45,505 bases of DNA from Fodinibius sp. (GTDB lineage Bacteria; Bacteroidota; Rhodothermia; Balneolales; Balneolaceae): positions 1-45,505 of the forward strand of contig DATGUX010000414.1 in assembly GCA_035300985.1 (NCBI GenBank), in the 5' to 3' direction. The position numbers and the translations under genes were made by a program. Below are positions 9,791 through 18,050 of the stretch, piece by piece (positions within the stretch are counted from its first letter, which is position 1; every line of letters begins with the position of its first letter). The notes under the pieces are model-generated. The model had not been told where the DNA came from. It ran no database searches and was given only the letters and a program-made list of their open reading frames with translations.

Positions 9791-9873
9791 ATCCAGCGGG
9801 AAAAATGCTGCCCTACCTAGTGTAATTGCCCAGCTGATAAGCAGGTATGCGATCAGTTAATCCACAAAATTGA

Positions 9874-10056
9874 GTTGTGTATGAACATACTCCAAATGAA
9901 TGGGGAGAATTAATTACAACCAATTTATCAATTCCAACAATTGGCATTGGAGCTGGGTCTAAATGTGAATGTGATGGACAAGTTCTGGTAATAAACGACG
10001 TAATTGAACTTGGTGAAACATAGCCACCTTTTGCTAAACAATATTCACATATAAAC
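9874..10056 (+). pseudogene. panB: C-terminal fragment of ketopantoate hydroxymethyltransferase with an internal stop
   Basis: [56 protein letters not shown] contains the PanB signature IPTIGIGAG...DGQVLV; TAG at 10021. Confidence 0.8.
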
Positions 10057-10151
10057 ATATTTTACATACTGCAAAAGAATATAAAAACGTATTTACCGGT
10101 TATGATTATGGTCCTGAGCGTCTGTAGTCCATTAAGCCCGGGCCACATCAT

Positions 10152-10176
10152 TAGCGAGGGATTTATTCCCTCGCTA
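10152..10176. repeat. REP-like hairpin
   Basis: TAGCGAGGGA-TTTAT-TCCCTCGCTA, perfect 10-bp stem. Confidence 0.6.
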
Positions 10177-10696
10177 TGGATTGGACATGATTGGCGAACA
10201 TGTCTTACCACTCCATGGGGCCTATTTAACTATAGATTCTAACCGGTAAACGCGTTATAAAAATGAGGTGGAAATAGTAGGTTTTAAATGAGCTTCGATG
10301 GAAATTTTAGCTCAACCCAAGTCCAGAATACCCTATAACCCCTTTAAAAAGCAAAATGCCAAACAGACAGTCCGCACCAGAGTTCCTTTTTACTTCAATT
10401 CATAAATCTTATTCAAACCTTGTATACGTCGGCAGCTTTGCCTCCCTTACCATTGCCGTTAATCGGTACATCTATCATATTATTAGTGTGGGAATCTATA
10501 CCTACATAGGTCATCAGATCCTCCCTGGTTAGTTAGGATTGATACCATTAATCTAAGTAACCGGGCATTCAGGGTTTTTAAAAAGGTCCAGCGCTTCAAC
10601 AAAGGCGCGCTTCGCTGTTCCGTTTCCGTTATTAGCTTTTTAGCTCTCTGTTCATTATTTAACAACCAATATTATAGCGTTAACGCACCGTATGTT

Positions 10697-11164
10697 ATGA
10701 ATGATCGCATCTCGCTACAAATACTTATGTTATCGATCGCTCTGATCAGCTGTTCCGGAGCTGAGCAGGAGAAAACCCAATCGGCGACGGTTGACTCCCC
10801 GCAGACAGCACTGCGAACAATCAAAACCGAACGGGATTCACTCCGGGAAATCCTTGCAGCCGATTCTGTCGTATCCGACCCCTGGTTTTATCCAGACTCC
10901 GATGGTCGCTCCTTTATCGAACAGGGCATTGAGAAGCCCGAACAATATATAGCCGACGCCCTGCGCGAACGTCCTGGACTCATTCCTCTCGATCCGGTGC
11001 TTGGCGGGACTATGCACTTTATCCATATCAAAGTGTTGGGAAGTCAATGGGTGGTAGCAGCCTATGAGGATGGGCATATCACAGGAAAAACACTTTACCA
11101 ATATGATTTGCAGGATGACGGGGAACTGACATTTACAGAAGTGGCTTCCGTCCGCCCCTCGTAA
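10697..11164 (+). CDS. Hypothetical lipoprotein
   Basis: Signal peptide with lipobox LISC; plausible globular C-terminal domain (GGTM, YEDGH). Confidence 0.75.
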   Translation: MNDRISLQILMLSIALISCSGAEQEKTQSATVDSPQTALRTIKTERDSLREILAADSVVSDPWFYPDSDGRSFIEQGIEKPEQYIADALRERPGLIPLDPVLGGTMHFIHIKVLGSQWVVAAYEDGHITGKTLYQYDLQDDGELTFTEVASVRPS

Positions 11165-11337
11165 GGGAATTACGGGCACTTGGTGAATACACATAATATG
11201 ATCATTTTCGCTATTACCCTCCGGATCTCCCCTTCTTGAATATGATCCATTCGCAATGCCCCATAGATACCAAATGACCAAAATAAGGTTATAGGACTCA
11301 GCCTAATGATAGCCTACTGGCAACCATTTTAATAGTT

Positions 11338-11655
11338 ATGACAAAAACAATAGATCTCAATAATTGGAATTATCAGGAACCCCTTGATTCCTTTCGATCG
11401 TTCGATGATCCGTATATAGGTATTACAACAGACACTGAGATTACCCGCGCCTATACCAAAGCCAAAGAACCCGCCCTTTCATTTTTTCTTTATTATATGT
11501 CCCAGTCAATAATGGCCGCCAATGAAGTCGACAAGTCCCAATATCGAATAATCGATGATGAAGTACTTGGATCTCCTAACATTTATAGGACAACAACAAT
11601 AGATAGAGAAGAGGGTACATTTGGCATTGCCTTTTGTGAGACCATAGAACCTTAG
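11338..11655 (+). pseudogene. Truncated CatA-like (chloramphenicol) O-acetyltransferase, N-terminal half
   Basis: KTIDLNNW...F..FDDPYIGIT...SFFLYY...AANEV...YRI...TFG matches the CAT N-terminus; the C-terminal catalytic HHxxxDG region is absent. Confidence 0.65.
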
Positions 11656-11742
11656 AAATTCCGGACGTACTGGCCGGTGGAAAGCTTGGGGGGATAGTCC
11701 ATGAAATCGGATGGTAAGAATCGATAATTTTTGGTGTAGTTA

Positions 11743-11777
11743 TAAAAAAGCCCCAGTGATAATCCACCGGGGCTTCT
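11743..11777. terminator. Probable intrinsic terminator
   Basis: AAAAAAGCCCCAGTG-ATAATC-CACCGGGGCTT hairpin between convergent genes; U-tract on the minus strand. Confidence 0.6.
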
Positions 11778-11861
11778 GATCTGCACTTCCTGCTCATTTA
11801 TTACCCCCCATATGATAACAACTGGCAAGAGTATACAGGCGTTGCTCGCTAAGTATTGTGA

Positions 11862-12056
11862 TTAAATTTTGCGAATAATATTGCGGGTTTCTTCCCGATC
11901 TTTTTCCAGTCGCCGGCCGATGCGCCCGTATAGCGCAGCTTCTTCGCCGGCCACATAATTGAGGTCGTTATCTGTCAAATCGGGGTAGCGCCGTTGCAGT
12001 CGTTTTCGCTTTTCGGGCCATTGGGTTATTGGTTTAAGATCTTTCATATCACTCAT
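11862..12056 (-). CDS. CsbD-like general stress protein, copy 1
   Basis: W.EK...L...YPDLTDNDL.Y..GEE..L.GRI..RL pattern; GGAGG RBS upstream. Confidence 0.8.
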   Translation of the reverse strand: MSDMKDLKPITQWPEKRKRLQRRYPDLTDNDLNYVAGEEAALYGRIGRRLEKDREETRNIIRKI

Positions 12057-12171
12057 AAGTAACCTCCTTTATATAGTGTTTAGATTCGACGGTCGCTGTC
12101 AGCGTTACTGATAATATTACGCGCTTCTTTCTTTTGTTAATTATATGTACATCAATTTTATTTTACATGCA

Positions 12172-12495
12172 CTAATTCAGATGGATACGGCACTGTTCTT
12201 CGCATCGCCGGCACGCCTGGGCGCAACGTTGGCAGTGCTCATGAGTATGGTTTTCACATTCGGTGGCGCATTCTCCACATATATCTTGACAGAGCTCGAT
12301 GAGAGCAATATGGACGTCAGAATTGCGACTCAACAGGCGGGCGGTAGTATTGCAGATATCAGCGCAATTACGGTCGAGACGGATACAATCAACCATTGAC
12401 TCTACGTTATTTTCATCCAGGCAGGCATCTGCGCACTGCTCGCAGGCGGTCACGCAGTTTTGAAGAGATTCAATGAGAACGTTGTTCTTGTCCAT
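12172..12495 (-). CDS. Four-helix-bundle copper-binding protein (Csp3/DUF326-like)
   Basis: 16 Cys in CxxxC/CxxC repeats, HxHxHC motif, no signal peptide. Confidence 0.88.
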   Translation of the reverse strand: MDKNNVLIESLQNCVTACEQCADACLDENNVESMVDCIRLDRNCADICNTTARLLSRNSDVHIALIELCQDICGECATECENHTHEHCQRCAQACRRCEEQCRIHLN

Positions 12496-12596
12496 AGCAC
12501 TACATAATTAGGTTACATATCCAATTAATTTTATTAAGCTACAGCTATGGTAACGAATAGGCGGTGCAGGGAAAAGAGAAAAAGATGTGAGAAAGC

Positions 12597-12615
12597 TGTG
12601 GTTATATTTGTTACG
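12597..12615. promoter_or_regulatory. Degenerate box TGTGG-TTATATTTG-TTACG
   Basis: Weak copy of the motif, 102 nt upstream of the Csp gene. Confidence 0.35.
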
Positions 12616-12627
12616 GGCTGATAGCAT

Positions 12628-12786
12628 TCAATGTTCTTCTTTTTCTTCCATACTGCCTTCAATACGTTCCTGTCGGCTTGTAGGTTCCTGATCCGTACGG
12701 TTCTTTTTTGAAAAGACTAACCATAACAAAAAGCCGGTGGCAAATATTGTGAGAACAATGCCAAAAATAACATTTACATTGATCAT
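12628..12786 (-). CDS. Small single-TM membrane protein, 52 aa (not in the ORF track)
   Basis: MINVNVIFGIVLTIFATGFLLWLVFSKKNRTDQEPTSRQERIEGSMEEKEEH*. Confidence 0.6.
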   Translation of the reverse strand: MINVNVIFGIVLTIFATGFLLWLVFSKKNRTDQEPTSRQERIEGSMEEKEEH

Positions 12787-12958
12787 AGTGTTATTATGCT
12801 TAACTCATTAAAAAGTGGGGTCTTATAGGCATTACGATTTTCTTTTGCAATCTTTTCTCCATCGGCAGCGCTGTAGCTGCGATGGTTAGGCTATTAAAAA
12901 GTAGTTTAGATCGTTTCATGGTTCTATGGTTTGATCATTGCGCTGATCATCCCGACTG

Positions 12959-13333
12959 TTACCTTTCTGATGGCACCAACTCAACGGTCAGCGTTTTCGG
13001 GACCTGCTTTTTAGGAAGCAATGTGATGGTTTGGGACCAGTCGTTGTATCCTTCGGCCTTTACCAATACGGTATGCTCAACCGGTTTCAGCATCGTGAAG
13101 CTGAAGCGGCCTTCCTCGCCGGTGGTTGTGGAGTCTTGGGCTACATAAACCTTGGCATTGGGAACAGGATCTTTGGTTTTCTGATCAATAACGGTGCCGG
13201 AAAGCTTGGCGCCGGGCTGCTTGGGTTCAACCTTTTTATCAGTCGTTTGGGCAGGCGCTGTGTTGGGCATCATAGCTAAGACGAAAAGCAACGAGAAGCC
13301 CCAAAGCCATATGCTGTTGGTTAGATAATTCAT
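12959..13333 (-). CDS. Secreted carboxypeptidase-regulatory-like domain protein
   Basis: Signal peptide, then LSGTVIDQKTKDPVPNAKV...TTTGEEGRFSF...AEGY; start reassigned to ATG 13333. Confidence 0.75.
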   Translation of the reverse strand: MNYLTNSIWLWGFSLLFVLAMMPNTAPAQTTDKKVEPKQPGAKLSGTVIDQKTKDPVPNAKVYVAQDSTTTGEEGRFSFTMLKPVEHTVLVKAEGYNDWSQTITLLPKKQVPKTLTVELVPSER

Positions 13334-13584
13334 AATAAAATCGGAATATATTTGTGAGTAATTATACTGCACCACGTATAATTGCTAATGATTAAGGAAG
13401 GTTGTATAGCAATAACCACCTATTAGCTGTCCTATAATTTGCTACGAGCGTAAAATGAAACCGAAAAGCTGCGATGAAGCATTCATTGAGCGGACAGATG
13501 TAACACAATGAAATTGAGCAACTCAGCCACATTAGTCGCCAACAAGCGGGTTGCTACCGTCGCTACAAGCATATAGGTGTAGAA

Positions 13585-13603
13585 TGTAGTAATAAGAACT
13601 ACA
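13585..13603. promoter_or_regulatory. Perfect box TGTAG-TAATAAGAA-CTACA
   Basis: 108 nt upstream of the PRC-barrel gene. Confidence 0.65.
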
Positions 13604-13710
13604 GAAATATCAAACAATTCGTTAAATATTCTTTGTCCAATATTTTCAAAGATGATTGAGAAGTCTGTTAACAAGATCATGCATTATTGCATCAACTAAC
13701 TTTTATTATT

Positions 13711-14073
13711 ATGAAACCTCGAAGTTTATCAGCCAGCACTATTACTGGAACCAGTGTACAAAATCTGCAGGGCGATGACGTAGGAAGCATCTATGACCTA
13801 ATGATCGACCTTGAAAGAGGAGAAATACTCTATGCCGTTCTTTCACATGGTGGTTTTTTAGGTATGGGCAATGACTATTTTGCCGTCCCCATGCAGGCCC
13901 TAATCTTCAGTGATCGGGAGGAAGATCTCATCAAGGTTGATATAGATAAATCGATCCTTGAGAATGCGCCGGGCTTTGATAAAGACCATTGGCCCGAGCA
14001 TCCCTCTACGGACTTTACTAACTCGGTCTACGAGCATTATGGATTTGACCGGCCACAAACGCCAAGAATGTAA
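13711..14073 (+). CDS. PRC-barrel domain protein
   Basis: LSASTITGTSVQNLQGDDVGSIYDLMID...YAVLSHGGFLGMGNDYFAVP...NAPGFDKDHWP. Confidence 0.9.
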   Translation: MKPRSLSASTITGTSVQNLQGDDVGSIYDLMIDLERGEILYAVLSHGGFLGMGNDYFAVPMQALIFSDREEDLIKVDIDKSILENAPGFDKDHWPEHPSTDFTNSVYEHYGFDRPQTPRM

Positions 14074-14189
14074 CAACAGAACTGCAGCAACCGCTGCAGC
14101 TATATTTAATCACATAATGTCCCGTAGCTCTGCTGCGGAATCAAAAATTGAAAGCCTTTGGTTTTCATCAACGTTAAACAGGAGGTTAT

Positions 14190-14744
14190 ATGGAAACACG
14201 AGCCTCAACTTTCAGAATTCTTACGATTACGCTCGCTTTACTAACCGGTACTGCATTGATTACAGCATGTGGAGACGGCAGCCGGGAAACCAATGATCCA
14301 ACCACGGATGGCGGGTTGGGGACAGCCCCCGGAACGCAGCAACCGGATAATCCCCAAGCCGATACTACCGAAGAAGAAACCTTCGAGGCCACACTTGAAG
14401 GCGAAAATGAAGTTCCGGAAGTAGCAACGGATGCTGAAGGATCGGTTACGCTCACCTTGGAGGGCGACAGTATCCATGTTGAGGGAGAGTTTTCAGGCTT
14501 AACGTCAGACTATGCCGCCTCTCATATCCATAAAGGAGCAGAAGGCGAAAATGGAGCCCCTATTATAACCCTGAAACCTGATGTTAACAGCGACAAAACC
14601 TCGGGTTCATGGGATGCTTCTTATACGCTCGATAACGAACAAATAAGGGCATTAAAGGCCGACAGCCTTTACGTAAATGTGCATTCAGCTAATCACAAGG
14701 AGGGTGAGATTCGCGGCCAGCTCACCTCCGGGCTGCTACAGTAA
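14190..14744 (+). CDS. CHRD-domain lipoprotein
   Basis: Lipobox ITAC; ENEVP, ASHIH.G, YVNVHS...GEIRGQ; AGGAGG RBS. Confidence 0.88.
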   Translation: METRASTFRILTITLALLTGTALITACGDGSRETNDPTTDGGLGTAPGTQQPDNPQADTTEEETFEATLEGENEVPEVATDAEGSVTLTLEGDSIHVEGEFSGLTSDYAASHIHKGAEGENGAPIITLKPDVNSDKTSGSWDASYTLDNEQIRALKADSLYVNVHSANHKEGEIRGQLTSGLLQ

Positions 14745-14771
14745 GGGCTCATTTAACCCAACCTGCAAACG

Positions 14772-14978
14772 ATGAAAATATTTGGCTATATCATAACTAT
14801 CGCTGGTCTTATTGCCCTGATTTATACAGGAATTACGTATATCAACAATTCTGAAACGTTTGGAATTTTTGGGTTGGACGTGGCAGTGAGTAAGGGAGAT
14901 CCGGTCCCGATGATTATCTCAGCCGTAGTATTGGTTGTGGGTCTTTTGGTAGTTACTATTTCCAAAAATAATTCTTAG
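14772..14978 (+). CDS. Small two-TM membrane protein
   Basis: Two hydrophobic helices, 68 aa. Confidence 0.7.
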   Translation: MKIFGYIITIAGLIALIYTGITYINNSETFGIFGLDVAVSKGDPVPMIISAVVLVVGLLVVTISKNNS

Positions 14979-15006
14979 ATAAACTTAAATAAATAGAGGA
15001 ATTCTT

Positions 15007-15171
15007 ATGCTTAGATGGGCCATTACTTTTTTAGTTATTGCTATCATTGCTGCCATCTTTGGCTTTGGAGGCGTCGCTGAAGGAGCCGCTTCTATCGCAA
15101 AAATATTATTTTATATCTTCCTGGTTCTATTTGTTGTTTCCTTGATTTTCGGCGGCCTTCGGCGCCCGTAA
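15007..15171 (+). CDS. DUF1328 (YtjA/UPF0391) small membrane protein (not in the ORF track)
   Basis: [54 protein letters not shown]; AGAGGA RBS. Confidence 0.9.
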   Translation: MLRWAITFLVIAIIAAIFGFGGVAEGAASIAKILFYIFLVLFVVSLIFGGLRRP

Positions 15172-15272
15172 CCCTCATAATCAAAAACTCCCGAAGCTTG
15201 CTGGGGATTTTTTTGAAAGAAGGTTGAATACCCCAGCTTTCATAAGCTCAACCAATATACATTTATATCCCA

Positions 15273-15848
15273 ATGGAAAGTCAACAGGTGATAGTACTTA
15301 CCATCATCCTTACAATCGGAGCTATGCTTGTTACGGGCTGTGGGAACCAACAAGGCTCCGATCCGGGAACGAGTATGATCGAACGGGCGGACACAGCAGA
15401 TACCGAAAAACGCAGAGAGTTACTACGAGAACGAGCTGATACATCTATGCAGGCCCCTGCTTATAAAGCTGTACTCACGGACTCCCGGCATGGTGCGGAT
15501 CGTGATACAACAGCCAAGGGCTCCATTATGCTCAGTCTGCACGACGATAGCATTCACATTAAGGGACAATTCTCCGGCCTAAGCTCGACTTATACCGGAT
15601 CTGCTATTCATAAAGTACTGGAATCAAATAAGGTGCAGATGCTGGACCCGACGCTCAACAATGATAAAACTTCCGGTTCGTGGGAAGCCTCCTACAGGTT
15701 GGCTGGAGATCAGGTTAATGCTCTCAAATCGGATAGCCTATATATCAGCGTATATACCGAAGAATACGAATCGGGCGAAATAAATGGTCAAATAACCGCT
15801 GTTGACTCCACCGATGCGGCAACTGATTCTACAAAAAACAACTCTTGA
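15273..15848 (+). CDS. CHRD-domain lipoprotein, diverged paralog
   Basis: Lipobox VTGC; shares DSIH..G.FSGL and DKTSGSW.ASY.L...ALK.DSLY with 14190..14744. Confidence 0.8.
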   Translation: MESQQVIVLTIILTIGAMLVTGCGNQQGSDPGTSMIERADTADTEKRRELLRERADTSMQAPAYKAVLTDSRHGADRDTTAKGSIMLSLHDDSIHIKGQFSGLSSTYTGSAIHKVLESNKVQMLDPTLNNDKTSGSWEASYRLAGDQVNALKSDSLYISVYTEEYESGEINGQITAVDSTDAATDSTKNNS

Positions 15849-16028
15849 CGGTCAACTTGTTGAGGAATAATTCGGTTTAATACGAATCATTCACGAGCAA
15901 CATATTATGTGAGTGTGACATCTTGGATTCTATATCGCTTATATATAACCCAACGTGCTTTCCAAGTCGGAACTTCCGTCTGATCAAATTCAGTTAAAAT
16001 TAAAAGGCTAATCAAACCGCTGCTTATT

Positions 16029-16529
16029 TTGACAAAATTATCTGCCGATACGCTTTATAAAGCATGTGATCCCGAACAGTTTAATTTTACAACTACCGAT
16101 GAGATCGACAGCCAGAGTACGATCATCGGCCAGGAGCGGCTTTCCTCCTCCCTGGAGTTCGGGATAGGAATAAAAGACGACGGCTACAACATCTTTGCAC
16201 TGGGTTCCCACAAAACCAACAAGCGCGACCACCTGAAACAGTTTTTTGAAGAACGCTCAAGCGGCCAGTCCACGCCGCCCGACATTTGTTATGTCAACAA
16301 TTTTGACGACCGCTACAAACCCGATCTGTTGCAGCTTCCCGCCGGACAGGGTTGGGAGCTCCAGGGGCAAATGGAACAGCTGACCGAAGATCTTATCCCC
16401 ACGCTTACTTCGGCATTTGAAACGGAAGAATATCAAAATCGCCGGCAATCGCTACAGGAGGAGATTCAACAGGATCAGGACCAGTCGTTCGAAGAGTTAA
16501 AACAAAAGGCCAAAGAAAACGGACTATAA
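16029..16529 (+). pseudogene. N-terminal fragment of a Lon-like (LonB/YcbZ-type) AAA ATPase
   Basis: CDPEQFNFTTTDE...IIGQER...FGIGI...GYNIFALG...PPDICYVNNFD...AFETEEYQ; stops at 166 aa, far shorter than this family. Confidence 0.75.
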
Positions 16530-16584
16530 CTCCGGACCTGAATTTTGACCAACAACCCTCACAACTTTGAAGAAAAAGACTAAC

Positions 16585-16770
16585 ATGGAGACCCCCAACC
16601 TAAAAGACAACTGGACCGAAAAGAAAGTGCAACTGAAAAATAAGTATTCTCAGCTTACCGAAGCTGATCTTAGCTACGAACTTGGCGAAGGCGGCCAGCT
16701 TGTTAAACGTATCAGTCGGCGGCTCAATATCACCCCGGAGGAAACCCGCGGTATTCTGCGCCGCATGTAA
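16585..16770 (+). CDS. CsbD-like general stress protein, copy 2
   Basis: NWTEKKVQLKNKYSQLTEADLSY..GE...L..RISRRL. Confidence 0.78.
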   Translation: METPNLKDNWTEKKVQLKNKYSQLTEADLSYELGEGGQLVKRISRRLNITPEETRGILRRM

Positions 16771-16779
16771 AAGGACGCC

Positions 16780-16812
16780 GGGCGGGGCAACCAAGCCCTC
16801 GCCCTTTTATTT
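16780..16812 (+). terminator. Probable intrinsic terminator
   Basis: GGGCGGGGC-AACCAA-GCCCTCGCCC followed by TTTTATTTT. Confidence 0.6.
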
Positions 16813-16924
16813 TGCAACCGGGAGGCAAGCCCGGCATTTACTAGCGGGGCTGCGACACCACTTGAGGCAGGAGCCGCCTGACCAAGAACACTTCTCCCCC
16901 AAGAGGAAAGACAGTGGTGGCTTT

Positions 16925-17080
16925 TTAGCGACCCTTATTCTTCTCCTTAACTTTTATATCCTCATCCATGCGCTTTTGGCGTTTGGAAGTGCCTTTTTCA
17001 ATATTCCGGAACTTGGTGTACGTATACCAAATCCCTCCTATAATAATAGCCGCTATTAAAACGTAGCTGATCACACTCAT
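16925..17080 (-). CDS. Small single-TM membrane protein, 51 aa (not in the ORF track)
   Basis: MSVISYVLIAAIIIGGIWYTYTKFRNIEKGTSKRQKRMDEDIKVKEKNKGR*. Confidence 0.6.
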   Translation of the reverse strand: MSVISYVLIAAIIIGGIWYTYTKFRNIEKGTSKRQKRMDEDIKVKEKNKGR

Positions 17081-17149
17081 AATTCTCTTTTTTTGTTGTT
17101 CAAACTACCACCCAAAGAATGAGACCCATTGTTTAGTTAAGAAAACCTA

Positions 17150-17287
17150 TAGCTGGACCATCGGATGGCACTTAGTTCAACGGTCAGCATTTCCGGAGGC
17201 TGCGTTTCAGGCATCAATTCTACCGTTTGATACCAGTCCTCGTATCCTAAGGCCTTTAGCTGTACGGTAAGCTCTCCCCGCTTTAAG
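17150..17287 (-). pseudogene. Relic of a paralog of the carboxypeptidase-regulatory-domain gene (3' end)
   Basis: LKRGELTVQLKALGYEDWYQTVELMPETQPPEMLTVEL vs LKPVEHTVLVKAEGYNDWSQTITLLPKKQVPKTLTVEL of 12959..13333. Confidence 0.75.
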
Positions 17288-17462
17288 TGTCGGGCTTTTC
17301 GGAATGCTTCATGACCTTAATTTACCGCCAATCTCCAGCTGGTTTTGCCTGCAAGTCACGTTCATATCGATGAAAAAAATTCCCTGTGGCAAGCTACCCT
17401 GCACGAGCGCATTAAATTAAAACCCTGTGCCCCTTTTTAACCACGGATAAGTTAGGCCCTGC

Positions 17463-17816
17463 TTATGAGTTGACATCATTGCCCACCAGCTTATGGCCCG
17501 TATTTTCCCAGCCGGCAAGTCCTTCTTCATAGTCCCAGACGCGCGTATAGCCCCTGTCAATCAGGGATTCAGCCAGGTTGGGTGAAGCCGGACAATCGGT
17601 ATTGGCACAATAAACAACAATATCCTCATCCTTGTCGGGGACAATATCATCAATCCATTCTGGGTGCTCCGCAGGAACATTGATCGAACCTGGAATACGT
17701 TTGGCCATATAAGCCTCCTTAGCAAGTGCATTAATGAGCACCGGCCGTTCGTCGCTGTTGAGCTTATCGTGTAATAGTTCCGCTGTTGTGCGGTTAAAAG
17801 TTGACGGCTTAGCCAT
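17463..17816 (-). CDS. Rhodanese-like domain protein
   Basis: RIPGSINVP, IVVYCANTDC, GYTRVWDYEEGLAGW. Confidence 0.88.
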   Translation of the reverse strand: MAKPSTFNRTTAELLHDKLNSDERPVLINALAKEAYMAKRIPGSINVPAEHPEWIDDIVPDKDEDIVVYCANTDCPASPNLAESLIDRGYTRVWDYEEGLAGWENTGHKLVGNDVNS

Positions 17817-17914
17817 AATACATTACCTCACTTTTTATATTTCAATCTGGTTAGTTATCTACTTTAAACAAAGCAGACAGGCACGGCATTCCCCTCAGCT
17901 AATAAAGAAAGGAA

Positions 17915-17933
17915 AATAGTTGAAATTATTACA
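17915..17933. promoter_or_regulatory. Box AATAG-TTGAAATTA-TTACA
   Basis: Motif copy 99 nt upstream of the rhodanese gene. Confidence 0.4.
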
Positions 17934-18050
17934 TGAATACATCCCGGCATATTGGGTTCCTCCTTTGATTAAAACCATAACCTGTCTGTATAATAATGAC
18001 GCTAATCGATTTATTTAAACTGACCTAAGAGTAGTAATTGGATTTCTTTC

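Noticed and set aside
9462-10058. ORFs 9462..9713 (+) and 9813..10058 (-)
   Set aside because: Antisense shadows of the APC and panB relics.
15969-15996. GGAACTT...GTT ECF-sigma-like promoter upstream of the Lon fragment
   Set aside because: Single instance with imperfect spacing; not repeated before other island genes.
16682-17059. 125-aa plus-strand ORF
   Set aside because: Overlaps CsbD copy 2, crosses its terminator and is antisense to the 51-aa TM microprotein.
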